Below are positions 20,771-30,314 of a stretch of 64,000 nt of DNA, piece by piece; the first letter of the stretch is position 1; each line of letters begins with the position of its first letter. The position numbers were made by a program, and so were the translations under genes. The stretch spans positions 77,091 through 141,090 of the forward strand of contig JAPLME010000008.1 of NCBI GenBank assembly GCA_026387175.1. The letters run 5' to 3'. The notes below the pieces were generated by a model. It worked only from the letters and a program-made list of their open reading frames with translations. It ran no database searches and was not told the origin of the DNA. This stretch comes from Candidatus Omnitrophota bacterium (GTDB lineage: Bacteria > Omnitrophota > Gorgyraeia > 2-01-FULL-45-10).

Positions 20771-21744
20771 TAATAGATAAGGCCGAAGTAAAACGCATAC
20801 TTGTAATCACCTTAAGCAACCTGGGGGATATAATCCTCACGACTCCCGTCATCGCGTCTTTGCGGCTCGAGTTTCCCGATTCAAGGATAGACGTTCTGGT
20901 CGGGCCTGTCGGCAGGGAGGTCTTTGAAAAAGATCGGAATATATTCAAGGTTATCATATATGATAAACATATGCCGATCGCGGGGAAGAGAAGACTCCAA
21001 TTGAAATTGAAGAAATTGAGTTATGACCTTGTCGTGGATCTCAGAAACACCGTCTTTGGCCTTTTGATAGGTCCGAAATACAGGACGGCAACGATACAGC
21101 ATTTTCCTCCACACATTGTTCATAGTGTAGACAGGCATCTGCATAGGCTGAAGTCTCTCGGTATAAAAAGCCATGAAAGGCGGACATATATACATATTAT
21201 GCAGGAGGACGAAGCATATGTGTCGGGCCTTCTTAAGGCATCAGGGGTGCGGGAGAAGTTCATAGTTATATCCCCCGGCGCAAAGAGCCACCTGAAGCGC
21301 TGGACGCAGGAAGGCTTCGCGACTGTTGCCGACAGGCTTGCCGATGAATGCAAGGCGGATATCGTCTTTATCGGTTCCAAAGAAGACGAGATGATCGTGT
21401 CCGGCGTAGTAAAAAAGATGAAACATAAGCCGCACAATTTTACGAATAAAACCAATATAAGGCAGCTTGGTGATCTATTAAAACGCTCAAGATTACTGAT
21501 AACCAATGACAGCGCGCCGCTTCATCTCGGATGCGCTATAGGCGCCAGGGTGCTGGCGATATTCGGTCCGACCGACCCCAAAAAATATGGGCCCATAGGG
21601 GAGTTTGACGTGGTTATCAATAAGAAGCTGTTCTGTTCGCCGTGCGAAGATGCCGTGTGCAAATCCAATTACGAGTGTATGTCGCTGATAATGCCCGGAG
21701 ACGTGTTTGAATCGGCAAAGATGATCGTTGAGGGATATGAGTAA
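20767..21744 (+). CDS. LPS heptosyltransferase (GT9)
   Basis: 325 aa. GT9 motifs ILVITLSNLGDIILTTP and NDSAPLHLGCAIGARVLAIFGPTDP. Confidence 0.75.
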   Translation: MIIDKAEVKRILVITLSNLGDIILTTPVIASLRLEFPDSRIDVLVGPVGREVFEKDRNIFKVIIYDKHMPIAGKRRLQLKLKKLSYDLVVDLRNTVFGLLIGPKYRTATIQHFPPHIVHSVDRHLHRLKSLGIKSHERRTYIHIMQEDEAYVSGLLKASGVREKFIVISPGAKSHLKRWTQEGFATVADRLADECKADIVFIGSKEDEMIVSGVVKKMKHKPHNFTNKTNIRQLGDLLKRSRLLITNDSAPLHLGCAIGARVLAIFGPTDPKKYGPIGEFDVVINKKLFCSPCEDAVCKSNYECMSLIMPGDVFESAKMIVEGYE

Positions 21745-22798
21745 GAAGATATTGATAGTCAGGCTTGACAGGATAGGCGATGTGGCGCTTTCAACGCCTG
21801 TTATAAAGGCGTTGAGAGATGCCCATCCCGATAGCTATATAGCGATGATGGTCCTGCCTTACGCGCGCGAGATAGTCGAAGGGAATCCATATCTCGATGA
21901 GGTCATAATTTATGATAAGGGTCGCGGTCATAAAGGAGTCGTAGGTAATTATAAGTTTGTGCGGGAATTAAAGAAAAAGAAGTTTGACATCGCCATAATA
22001 TTGCATCCGACTGCCAGGACTCATATGGCGCTCATGTTCGCGGGCATACCGGAGCGCATAGGCTACGATAAGAAGGCCGGATTCCTTCTCACAAAGAGGA
22101 TCCCGCACACAAAACAGTTTGGCATGAAACATGAGATAGATTATTCACTGGATATTCTCAAATATATAGGCATAAAGCCTTCGGCGAGGGAGCTCTGCAT
22201 GCCGATCAATAGCGTCTCTGAGCGAAAGATAGAGGCCATGCTTAAGGAGAATAATATTAAAGATTCCGATATTATTGTAGCGGTCAACCCGGGCGCAAGC
22301 TGCGCGTCGAAATGCTGGAACGTAGAAAAATTCGCTAAAGTCTCCAACCGCCTGACGGAGAAATACGGCGCCAGGATAGTCGTAATATCGGGATCGGCCG
22401 ATAAGGTTCTCGGCGACAAGCTTGCCTCGCTTATCACTACTGGCTGTGTCAACCTATCCGGTAAGACCGGCATTGGTGACGTTGCGAGCCTCTTGAGGCG
22501 TGCCAGGCTCTTTATTTCTAATGACTCAGGGCCAGTTCATATAGGATGCGCCGTAGGCGTAAGCGTTATCGCGATATTTGGCAGGGGTGACCGCGGACTT
22601 TCTCCCAAGAGGTGGGGGCCCATCGGTAAGCATGATGCGGTGCTGCATAAGAGCGCAGGGTGTGAAATCTGTTATGCGCATAATTGCAAGTCAGCCTTCA
22701 AATGCCTTGATTCGATAACGCCGGAAGAAGTGCTTGCCGCCGCGGAAAAGATTTTAGGAAGCGGAAAAAAGCAAGTAGAAACAAAAGAGACCTTCTAA
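21728..22798 (+). CDS. LPS heptosyltransferase (GT9)
   Basis: 356 aa. GT9 motifs ILIVRLDRIGDVALSTP and NDSGPVHIGCAVGVSVIAIFG. Confidence 0.75.
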   Translation: MRDMSKKILIVRLDRIGDVALSTPVIKALRDAHPDSYIAMMVLPYAREIVEGNPYLDEVIIYDKGRGHKGVVGNYKFVRELKKKKFDIAIILHPTARTHMALMFAGIPERIGYDKKAGFLLTKRIPHTKQFGMKHEIDYSLDILKYIGIKPSARELCMPINSVSERKIEAMLKENNIKDSDIIVAVNPGASCASKCWNVEKFAKVSNRLTEKYGARIVVISGSADKVLGDKLASLITTGCVNLSGKTGIGDVASLLRRARLFISNDSGPVHIGCAVGVSVIAIFGRGDRGLSPKRWGPIGKHDAVLHKSAGCEICYAHNCKSAFKCLDSITPEEVLAAAEKILGSGKKQVETKETF

Positions 22799-22815
22799 CT
22801 TCGAAGGTCTTTTTG
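22788..22815 (+). terminator. rho-independent terminator closing the LPS gene block
   Basis: An 8-bp stem (agaccttc/gaaggtct) with a 7-nt loop containing the stop codon, followed by tttt (22811-22814). Confidence 0.55.
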
Positions 22816-23020
22816 TAGGTGATAGGCCTGGATTGCTTTCGCTATCGTGCCATCTCCTCCAGTATTTCTACTTAAAGTATGCCACAAGATTTTGGTTTCT
22901 ACAAGACCTCGGGCGAAATATTTATGGTTAAGAAAATAGTTAGAATTTCATTATGGCTTTTATTTCTTTACATAGTAGTGTCCGCATTTATTGAACTGAC
23001 GAAGGGGATAAGGTGGTGAT

Positions 23021-24094
23021 ATGAAGATAGGGATGATAGGGCTTCCACAGGTTGGTAAGAAGACATTGTTTGAGCTGCTCACTGCCCATAGGCCGACGGA
23101 GGCCGAGATCGCATCGCTCAAGCCCATTAAAGGCGTAGCGGAAATACTGGACGGCCGGTTTGACAGGTTATGCTCGATCTATAGCCCGAAGAAAAGGGTG
23201 CGCGCGAGGATCGATATAGAGCTGATCCCGAAAATCGAAAAAGATTCGATCGCCAAGGGCGACGTATTTAAGGACATAAACGACCTGGATGCCATCTGTC
23301 ATGTCGTGAGGGCTTTCAAGGATGATTCCGTATATCATGTAGAAGGTTCGATAGACGCAAAGCGTGATATAGATTTTGTTAATGCCGAGCTTATTCTCCA
23401 TGATCTTATCTTTATTGAGAAGAGAGTGGAGAGGCTCGACAAAACTATAAAGCAGACGAAGGAAGAGGCTGCTGTGAAGGAGAGGGAGGTCCTCGGAAAA
23501 CTGAAAGAACATCTCGATAAGAGCCTGCCCCTGCGCACCTTTGAATTGAGCCCTGAGGACAAGAAGTTTATAACAAGTTATCCGTTTATATCCTTGAAAG
23601 AGATGTTCATAGTCCTGAATGTTTCCGAAGACGCGCTTAAGGATACGAAACTGCGCTCGGAGCTTATAAATGAGCTTAAAGAAATTAAGATAGACGTGAT
23701 GCAGGTGTCGGCGAAGGTCGAAGAGGAGATAATGGCGCTTGAGTCCGAGGCGGAGAGAAGAGAGTTCATGCAGTCGCTCGGTATAACGGAGCCTGCAATC
23801 AACGTAATGACGCAACTCTGCCTGAGGACGCTGAATCTGATCTCTTTCTTTACCGTAGGCCCGGACGAGGTGCGTCAGTGGAACGTGAAGAGGGGCTCCT
23901 CTGCCCCAGAGGCGGCCGGAGTTATACATACGGACCTTCAGAGGGGATTCATCAGGGCCGAGGTGATAAAATACGGCGATCTGATAAGCCTCGGATCTGA
24001 AGAGAAAGTCAAGGAGACCGGCAAGTTTTACCTTAAGGGCAAAGACTACATTGTCGAGGATGGTGACATATTGACCATCCGGTTCAACGTTTAG
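23021..24094 (+). CDS. ychF: ribosome-binding ATPase YchF (Obg-like GTPase family)
   Basis: 357 aa with an N-terminal G domain (IGMIGLPQVGKKTLF) and a C-terminal TGS-like domain. Confidence 0.85.
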   Translation: MKIGMIGLPQVGKKTLFELLTAHRPTEAEIASLKPIKGVAEILDGRFDRLCSIYSPKKRVRARIDIELIPKIEKDSIAKGDVFKDINDLDAICHVVRAFKDDSVYHVEGSIDAKRDIDFVNAELILHDLIFIEKRVERLDKTIKQTKEEAAVKEREVLGKLKEHLDKSLPLRTFELSPEDKKFITSYPFISLKEMFIVLNVSEDALKDTKLRSELINELKEIKIDVMQVSAKVEEEIMALESEAERREFMQSLGITEPAINVMTQLCLRTLNLISFFTVGPDEVRQWNVKRGSSAPEAAGVIHTDLQRGFIRAEVIKYGDLISLGSEEKVKETGKFYLKGKDYIVEDGDILTIRFNV

Positions 24095-24102
24095 GGAACG
24101 GA

Positions 24103-24226
24103 GGCGAAAATATCTCTCCAGCTATCGTCGGATGGCGGAACTTTCGGGCGATGCTGGAGCGAGCGGCAAGCGGAAGCATTGCCCGAAAGTAAACGCCGGA
24201 CTGTAATATATAGATGATATTTTCGC
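24103..24226 (+). repeat. copy A of a small terminal-inverted-repeat element with a conserved internal hairpin
   Basis: The ends ggcgaaaatatc (24103) and gatattttcgc (24216-24226) are reverse complements. An internal 15-bp stem, actttcgggcgatgc (24140-24155) with gcattgcccgaaagt (24176-24190), closes a 20-nt loop. A near-identical copy lies at 53524-53733. Confidence 0.6.
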
Positions 24227-24241
24227 TGTAGTGGATAGCAT

Positions 24242-24271
24242 TTGACGTCGTTATCGCGCATATGTTAGAAT
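24242..24271 (+). promoter_or_regulatory. candidate sigma70-type promoter for the 24300 gene
   Basis: ttgacg (24242-24247), an 18-nt spacer, then tagaat (24266-24271). An SD (gaggaag) precedes the ATG at 24300. Confidence 0.3.
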
Positions 24272-24299
24272 AACGCAGATTTCGAGAGGAAGACCTATT

Positions 24300-25244
24300 A
24301 TGAAGAAGCCAAAGCACAAGATAGACCTTAGCAAGGTCAGGACCATCCCGCTTAATGCCCGCAAGTGTAAAGTCTCTATAAGCGATTTTGCGAAAAGAGC
24401 CGAAAAGGGCGAAAGTTTTAAAGATTTTTACGATTCGCTACCCAATATACTTGCGGTCCAGGACCTTAAGGCGCTGGTCGATGCCGTAATCTCCGCATAC
24501 AAGAAAAAGAGGATGGTGATCATCATGATGGGCGCGCATGTGATAAAGTGCGGCCTTTCACCGCTCATCATCGACCTGATGAAGCGAGGGGTCGTAAAAG
24601 CCGTCGCGCTTAACGGCGCAGGGGTGATCCACGACACGGAGATAGCTCTGATAGGACGCACGAGCGAAGATGTCGGAGAAGGCATTCTCGACGGCTCTTT
24701 CGGCATGGCGAAGGAGACGGCAAATTTCATTAACGGGGCTATAAATTCAGGGTTCACCGGAGGAACGGGCATAGGCGAGTCCGTAGGCAAAAAGATAGTG
24801 GAGTCAAAGCTTCCGCACAGGAACCTGAGCATCCTGGCCAACGCGTATGAGTTGGACGTTTCCGTCACCGCCCATGTCGCCATAGGCACCGACATCATAC
24901 ATCAGCATTATTCCGCGAACGGCGCTGCGATCGGAGAGGGCTCGCTTCTCGATTTCAAAAATTTCATATACAGTGTCTCCAAACTCGAAGGAGGCGTACT
25001 TATAAATCTGGGATCGGCCGTGATACTGCCCGAGGTCTTCCTGAAGGCCATCACCGTAGCGCGTAATCTCGGCAATAAGGTCGATACTTTAACTACCGCT
25101 AATTTCGATATGATAAGACAGTACAGGCCGTACCAGAATATATTATCCAGGCCGACTTCGAAGGGCGGCAGGGGTTATAATATAATAGGCCATCACGAGA
25201 TAATGGTGCCGTTAATGTACCGCTCTATAATAGAAAAGATATGA
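24300..25244 (+). CDS. hypothetical protein, possibly a Rossmann-like or DHS-like fold enzyme
   Basis: 314 aa with good coding statistics and an SD. Glycine-rich segments are present (MMGAHVIKCG; NGAGVIHDTE; VAIGTDIIHQH). I cannot place it in a named family. Confidence 0.5.
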   Translation: MKKPKHKIDLSKVRTIPLNARKCKVSISDFAKRAEKGESFKDFYDSLPNILAVQDLKALVDAVISAYKKKRMVIIMMGAHVIKCGLSPLIIDLMKRGVVKAVALNGAGVIHDTEIALIGRTSEDVGEGILDGSFGMAKETANFINGAINSGFTGGTGIGESVGKKIVESKLPHRNLSILANAYELDVSVTAHVAIGTDIIHQHYSANGAAIGEGSLLDFKNFIYSVSKLEGGVLINLGSAVILPEVFLKAITVARNLGNKVDTLTTANFDMIRQYRPYQNILSRPTSKGGRGYNIIGHHEIMVPLMYRSIIEKI

Positions 25245-25245
25245 T

Positions 25246-26241
25246 ATGAGGACGAAGAGTTTCAGCGATTTCAAAAAAACTATAGCTAATTTCAAAAAAT
25301 CGAGCGTACTTGTCATAGGCGACCTGATGCTCGACGAATTTATTTGGGGCGAGGTGACTAGAATATCTCCGGAGGCTCCCGTTCCGGTCGTATGGGTAAA
25401 GAAAGAGAGCTTTATGCCGGGGGGCGCGTCGAATGTCGCCAATAACCTGAGGAGCCTTGGTGCGGATGTCCATCTCGTAGGCGTGGTAGGCGATGATGAA
25501 AACGGCGCTATATTAAAGGGAGAGCTTGAACAAAAAGGTATAAGGACGGCAGGTATCGTTACCGACGATTCAAGGCCCACCATACTTAAGACGAGGGTCG
25601 TCGCGCACCATCAGCAGGTCGTTAGGATCGATAAAGAGAATAAGGACAGGCTGAAAGACACCGTGATAGACAAGATGTCGGCTCATATCAAAGGCATGAT
25701 AAAGAATGTAGATGCGGTCATAGTGGAAGATTACGCCAAAGGCGTTATCACGCCGGCGCTCTTAAAAAAGATAATACCGCTTGCCAGGCATAATAAGAAG
25801 ATCATCGCCGTGGATCCCAAGGAAGAACATTTCAAATATTATAAGGGTATCAGTGTTATCACTCCCAACAATCATGAGGCCTCGAAGGCTGTCGGTTTTG
25901 AAATAAAAGACGATGCGACTTTGAGGAAAGCGGGAGCAAAGCTCTTGTCCAAGCTGGGATGCAGGATAGTCCTTATAACTCTGGGCGAGAACGGTATGGC
26001 GGTATTCCAGAAGAATAAGCCGATGGAACAGATACCGACGGTTGCTCAGGAAGTATTCGATGTTTCGGGGGCCGGCGATACGGTCATCGCAAGCTATGCC
26101 CTGTCGCTTGCCGCCGGCGCGGATCCGATCGTTGCGGCGCACATATCGAATTGCGCCGCCGGAATAGTGGTCGGAAAAGTGGGCATAGCGGTTGTGTCCC
26201 CGGACGAGCTTCTTGAGAGGATCAGGAAAGAACTGTTTTGA
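25246..26241 (+). CDS. hldA: D-glycero-beta-D-manno-heptose-7-phosphate kinase (PfkB family; RfaE/HldE domain I only)
   Basis: 331 aa ribokinase-like protein with the motifs VLVIGDLMLDEFIWGEV and DVSGAGDTVIA. The HldE adenylyltransferase domain is absent. Confidence 0.7.
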   Translation: MRTKSFSDFKKTIANFKKSSVLVIGDLMLDEFIWGEVTRISPEAPVPVVWVKKESFMPGGASNVANNLRSLGADVHLVGVVGDDENGAILKGELEQKGIRTAGIVTDDSRPTILKTRVVAHHQQVVRIDKENKDRLKDTVIDKMSAHIKGMIKNVDAVIVEDYAKGVITPALLKKIIPLARHNKKIIAVDPKEEHFKYYKGISVITPNNHEASKAVGFEIKDDATLRKAGAKLLSKLGCRIVLITLGENGMAVFQKNKPMEQIPTVAQEVFDVSGAGDTVIASYALSLAAGADPIVAAHISNCAAGIVVGKVGIAVVSPDELLERIRKELF

Positions 26242-26256
26242 TAGGGAGGTCTATAA

Positions 26257-27009
26257 GTGAAGGCAATAGGAGTCATCCCGGCGCGTTGGGGCGCCACAAG
26301 GTTCGAAGGCAAGGTGTTAGCAAACCTGTTAGGAAAGCCGGTTATCCAGCATGTCTGGGAAAATGCGAAGAAGGCCAGGACGCTGGATGATCTGATCGTG
26401 GCATGTGACGATGAACGTATACTCAAGGCCGTCGAAGGTTTCGGCGGCAAGGCAGTTTACACTTCGCCGAGCCAGCCCTCGGGCACGGACCGCCTCGCCG
26501 AAGTAGTGAATGAGATGGATGTCGACATAATCGTCAATATTCAGGGTGATGAACCGCTTATAAGGCCTATCATGATCGATAATCTCGTGATGGCGCTTCA
26601 GGATGAGAAGACCGTTCAGATGGCGACTATAATAAAGAAGATCGACGACGCCTCCGAGCTTACCAATTCAAATGTCGTTAAGGTGGTAGTGGATAAGAAC
26701 GGGTATGCGCTCTACTTCTCAAGATACGCGATACCTTATAACAGGACGAGTGAGGTGGACCCGAAGAAGAGGCCCGTCTATTATAAACATATCGGTGTTT
26801 ACGCTTTCACGAAGGATTTCTTATTTACCTTTAAATCACTGCCGCACTCATCTTTAGAGAATGCTGAAAAGCTGGAGCAGTTGAGAGCGCTTGAATACGG
26901 ATATAAGATAAAGGTAGTTGAGACAAAGTTCGATACTGTCGGGGTGGACAGGCCGGAAGATTTAAAGAGGGCAGAAGAGGCTTTGCTGCGTGAGCATGAA
27001 ACTCAATAA
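26257..27009 (+). CDS. kdsB: 3-deoxy-manno-octulosonate cytidylyltransferase (CMP-Kdo synthetase)
   Basis: 250 aa. The N-terminus AIGVIPARWGATRFEGKVL is typical of KdsB. Confidence 0.85.
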   Translation: MKAIGVIPARWGATRFEGKVLANLLGKPVIQHVWENAKKARTLDDLIVACDDERILKAVEGFGGKAVYTSPSQPSGTDRLAEVVNEMDVDIIVNIQGDEPLIRPIMIDNLVMALQDEKTVQMATIIKKIDDASELTNSNVVKVVVDKNGYALYFSRYAIPYNRTSEVDPKKRPVYYKHIGVYAFTKDFLFTFKSLPHSSLENAEKLEQLRALEYGYKIKVVETKFDTVGVDRPEDLKRAEEALLREHETQ

Positions 27010-27829
27010 TACGGCAAAAGAAGTTACTGTAGGCAGCATCAGAATGGGCGCCGGCAATCCGTTAGTCCTTATAGCCGGGCCATGCGTTATAGAGTCGGAG
27101 GCAAGCGCCTTGAGACATGCCAAGGCCTTGAAGGCGATAGCCAGAAAGGCCGGCATCCCCTTCATCTACAAAGCAAGTTACGATAAGGCAAATCGGACAT
27201 CGATCACATCTTACAGAGGTCCCGGAATCAAGAAGGGCCTCAAGATACTTAAAAGAGTAAAAGAAGAATTGGGCCTGAGTGTACTCTCCGACGTTCATTC
27301 CGGAGAGGAGATAAAAGAGGCGGCGAAAGTTCTCGATATCATTCAGATACCGGCCTTTCTCTGCCGCCAAACCGACCTGATACTGGATGCGGCAAGGACA
27401 GGTAAGGTGATAAATATTAAGAAGGGACAATTCCTCGCGCCGTGGGATATGAAGCATGTCGTGAAGAAGATAGAGTCTGTGGGCAATAAGAAGATACTGC
27501 TTACGGAGCGCGGCGTCAGTTTTGGGTATAATACGCTTGTGAGCGATTTCAGATCGCTGTTGATAATGAAAGAATTGGGATACCCTGTGGTATATGATGC
27601 CACTCACTCCGTACAGTCGCCAGGGGGCATGGGCGAGAGATCCGGCGGCGATCGGAAATATATTCCCTATCTTGCCATGGCCTCGGTCACATGCGGCGCC
27701 GACGCTGTATTTATGGAGGTTCACGAGGAGCCGGAGAGCGCTCTTAGCGACGGCCCTAATATGGTGAAGATGAGCGAACTTGAAGGATTGCTGGTGAAGC
27801 TTGTGAAGATAGAGAGGATCGTCAGATAA
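26990..27829 (+). CDS. kdsA: 2-dehydro-3-deoxyphosphooctonate aldolase (Kdo-8-P synthase)
   Basis: 279 aa. It has DAHP/KDO8P synthase family motifs (LVLIAGPCVIES; KASYDKANRTS). Confidence 0.85.
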   Translation: MSMKLNNTAKEVTVGSIRMGAGNPLVLIAGPCVIESEASALRHAKALKAIARKAGIPFIYKASYDKANRTSITSYRGPGIKKGLKILKRVKEELGLSVLSDVHSGEEIKEAAKVLDIIQIPAFLCRQTDLILDAARTGKVINIKKGQFLAPWDMKHVVKKIESVGNKKILLTERGVSFGYNTLVSDFRSLLIMKELGYPVVYDATHSVQSPGGMGERSGGDRKYIPYLAMASVTCGADAVFMEVHEEPESALSDGPNMVKMSELEGLLVKLVKIERIVR

Positions 27830-28788
27830 TGCCGAGAGCCATAGCCAAAAAAGTCCTGAAGATAGAGGCGGACGCGATAGCCGGCCTGATACCGAGGATC
27901 GACGCCAATTTTGAGAAGATCGTAAAGCTCATCTATAAAGTGGAAGGCCGTATCATAGTGACCGGTATGGGTAAACCCGGATTCATCGCCCAGAAGATAT
28001 CGGCCACGCTCTCTTCGACCGGTACTCCGTCGCTATATCTGCATCCGGCGGAAGCCCTGCACGGCGATCTCGGCCGCGTTACTAAAAAAGACCTGATACT
28101 CGCGCTTTCGAACAGCGGAGAGACAGAAGAGATCATAAAGTTCCTGCCGATCGTGAAGAAGATAGGCGCAAAACTGGTTTCAATGACGGGTAATACCCGG
28201 TCTACACTCGCGCGTTTTTCGGATTACACGATGAACACTTCGGTGAAGAGAGAAGCGTGCCCGCTGGGACTCGCGCCGACTACATCTACTACGGTGATGC
28301 TCGCTATGGGTGATGCGCTCGCGGTCGCGCTTTTAGAAAAGAAGGGATTCAAGGAGAAGGATTTCGCGTTCTATCATCCGGGAGGAATCCTCGGTAAGAG
28401 GCTGCTGCTTACCGTGGCGGATATTATGAGAAAAGGGCATGATAATCCTATTGTAAAAGAAAATGCCAAAGTAAAACAAGTGCTATTAACAATAACAAAG
28501 TCGAGGGCTGGCAGCGCGAGTGTTGTTGATCGCAGAGGCAGGCTTGTCGGCATATTTACCGATGGAGATCTGAGGAGGCATCTCGAGACCAACCCAAGGC
28601 TGATCGAATGCGAAGTGAAGTATGCTATGACGAAGAACCCGACAGTGATAACTAAAGAGAGATTAGCCGCGGAAGCTTTTGACATACTGAGATCAAAAAG
28701 GATAGATGAGCTGCCTGTGGTCGATGATAAAAAGCGGCCCATAGGCCTTCTGGATGTGCAGGATATACTGAAGGCAGGGCTTGTATGA
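27829..28788 (+). CDS. kdsD: arabinose-5-phosphate isomerase (SIS plus tandem CBS domains)
   Basis: 319 aa. It has the SIS motif (IIVTGMGKPGFIAQKISATLSSTGTP) and a C-terminal CBS pair. Confidence 0.8.
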   Translation: MPRAIAKKVLKIEADAIAGLIPRIDANFEKIVKLIYKVEGRIIVTGMGKPGFIAQKISATLSSTGTPSLYLHPAEALHGDLGRVTKKDLILALSNSGETEEIIKFLPIVKKIGAKLVSMTGNTRSTLARFSDYTMNTSVKREACPLGLAPTTSTTVMLAMGDALAVALLEKKGFKEKDFAFYHPGGILGKRLLLTVADIMRKGHDNPIVKENAKVKQVLLTITKSRAGSASVVDRRGRLVGIFTDGDLRRHLETNPRLIECEVKYAMTKNPTVITKERLAAEAFDILRSKRIDELPVVDDKKRPIGLLDVQDILKAGLV

Positions 28789-29315
28789 TTAGCCAGGATC
28801 TTCTGGATAGGGTAAAGAAGATAAAGGTTCTGATCCTGGACATAGACGGCGTCATGACGGACGGCCACATCATCTATTCGATATATGGCGATGAACTTAA
28901 GTTCTTTGATGTGCAGGACGGGTTCGGTATAACGCTTTTACTCAGGGCCGGCATAAAGAGCGTGATAATCACCGCGAAGAAATCGAGAATAGTGAAATTA
29001 AGGGCGCGCGATATGAAGGTGGCAAAAGCTTACCAGGGCTATACGGTCAAGCTGAAAGCCTTTAATCATGTTATAAAGAAATTCAAGGTGAAACCCGAAG
29101 AAGTCTGTTTTATAGGCGACGACCTGATAGATATACCTGTCTTGAAACGTGTCGGGCTGGCTGTCGCGGTTCCCAACGCAGTAGAGGAAGTGAGGCAGTG
29201 CGCCCACTTTGTCACATCGAGAGCCGGAGGCCACGGAGGTGTCCGTGAGCTTTGTGATCTCATTCTCAAGTCCCAGGGTAAATGGGATCTCGCCACCGAT
29301 AAGTACTTCAAGTAG
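28785..29315 (+). CDS. kdsC: Kdo-8-phosphate phosphatase (HAD subfamily IIIA)
   Basis: 176 aa. It has the HAD motif ILDIDGVMTDG and the GDDLIDIPVLKRVG motif. Confidence 0.75.
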   Translation: MISQDLLDRVKKIKVLILDIDGVMTDGHIIYSIYGDELKFFDVQDGFGITLLLRAGIKSVIITAKKSRIVKLRARDMKVAKAYQGYTVKLKAFNHVIKKFKVKPEEVCFIGDDLIDIPVLKRVGLAVAVPNAVEEVRQCAHFVTSRAGGHGGVRELCDLILKSQGKWDLATDKYFK

Positions 29316-29364
29316 TATTTTTCCGCTCAAGCGGTTACTATAGCGCATCCAAGGATGGGGGAGG

Positions 29365-30297
29365 ATGTTTAGAAAAGCGTTATTTTTTACTATAGTGATT
29401 ATAACGGTATGTATCTTCAGCGCAATCGCCAAAGAAAGCACAGATATTGAGAAAGCGGAGGCTTGGAATCCTCCTTCCACCGGCCCTTTAAACACACAGA
29501 GCGCGCCCCTTTTAAAAGCCAAAGAATTAGTTATCCAGCCGTACTTCTTCTATTACCGCGCCCGCGGTATATTTAATGATAAAGGGTCTTATAAATCATT
29601 TAAAGACGGCAAAAAGGCCTATCAGTATGTGGGCGATCTCATTCTCTATTATGGTGTAACCGACAAATTAGAGATAGATCTCGAAGGGTTCTATTATTGG
29701 AATTATAAAGAACTTGCGCCGAACGTTAACGCGAATGACGGGGGTTTTGGAGATTCATATGCATATGCCCGATATTGCCTGGTCGAAGAGACGACCCAGG
29801 AGCCGTGGATGCCGTGCATAACGGCACTCGCCCAGATGAGATTTCCAACAGGTACATACCAAAAGGGAAGCCCGGGGAAGCTCGGCACCGATATAACGGG
29901 AACGGGTTCTTATGACCAGGGCTACGGGGTCATCCTGACAAAGAAGATAAAGCCTTTCATCCTGCACACGGACTTTATTTATAACATTCCGATGCGAACA
30001 AAGATCAATGGTGTTAAGATCAATTATGCTGATTACGTGAATCTGGATTACGCAGTAGAATATATTTTACCGAAAGGATTCAGCCTGATGCTGGAGACCA
30101 ATTATCTCTGGCAGGGCGATCAAAAGAGAAACGGAACTCTTGCTCCCGATACAGATTCAAGTTCGCTTTTACTGGTTCCCGGAATAGGGTGGTCATCTGA
30201 AAAGGTGAAGGCGCTCCTATGTTATCAGAGAACCATAGCCGGCAACAATACTAATGTGAATGATTCGCTCGCGTTTACAATGATATACACATTCTAG
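29365..30297 (+). CDS. putative outer-membrane beta-barrel protein
   Basis: 310 aa with a signal peptide and an alternating amphipathic pattern. The C-terminal residue is an aromatic Phe (…FTMIYTF), as in OMP beta-barrels. Confidence 0.45.
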   Translation: MFRKALFFTIVIITVCIFSAIAKESTDIEKAEAWNPPSTGPLNTQSAPLLKAKELVIQPYFFYYRARGIFNDKGSYKSFKDGKKAYQYVGDLILYYGVTDKLEIDLEGFYYWNYKELAPNVNANDGGFGDSYAYARYCLVEETTQEPWMPCITALAQMRFPTGTYQKGSPGKLGTDITGTGSYDQGYGVILTKKIKPFILHTDFIYNIPMRTKINGVKINYADYVNLDYAVEYILPKGFSLMLETNYLWQGDQKRNGTLAPDTDSSSLLLVPGIGWSSEKVKALLCYQRTIAGNNTNVNDSLAFTMIYTF

Positions 30298-30314
30298 GCG
30301 AAAAGAGAGGATAT

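Noticed and set aside
22816-23020. 205-bp non-coding region upstream of ychF with weak similarity (gggcgaaatattt; gctttcgctatcgt) to the repeat element.
   Set aside because: The similarity is short and patchy. I could not define the terminal inverted repeats or the conserved hairpin. It is mentioned only as a possible degenerate remnant.
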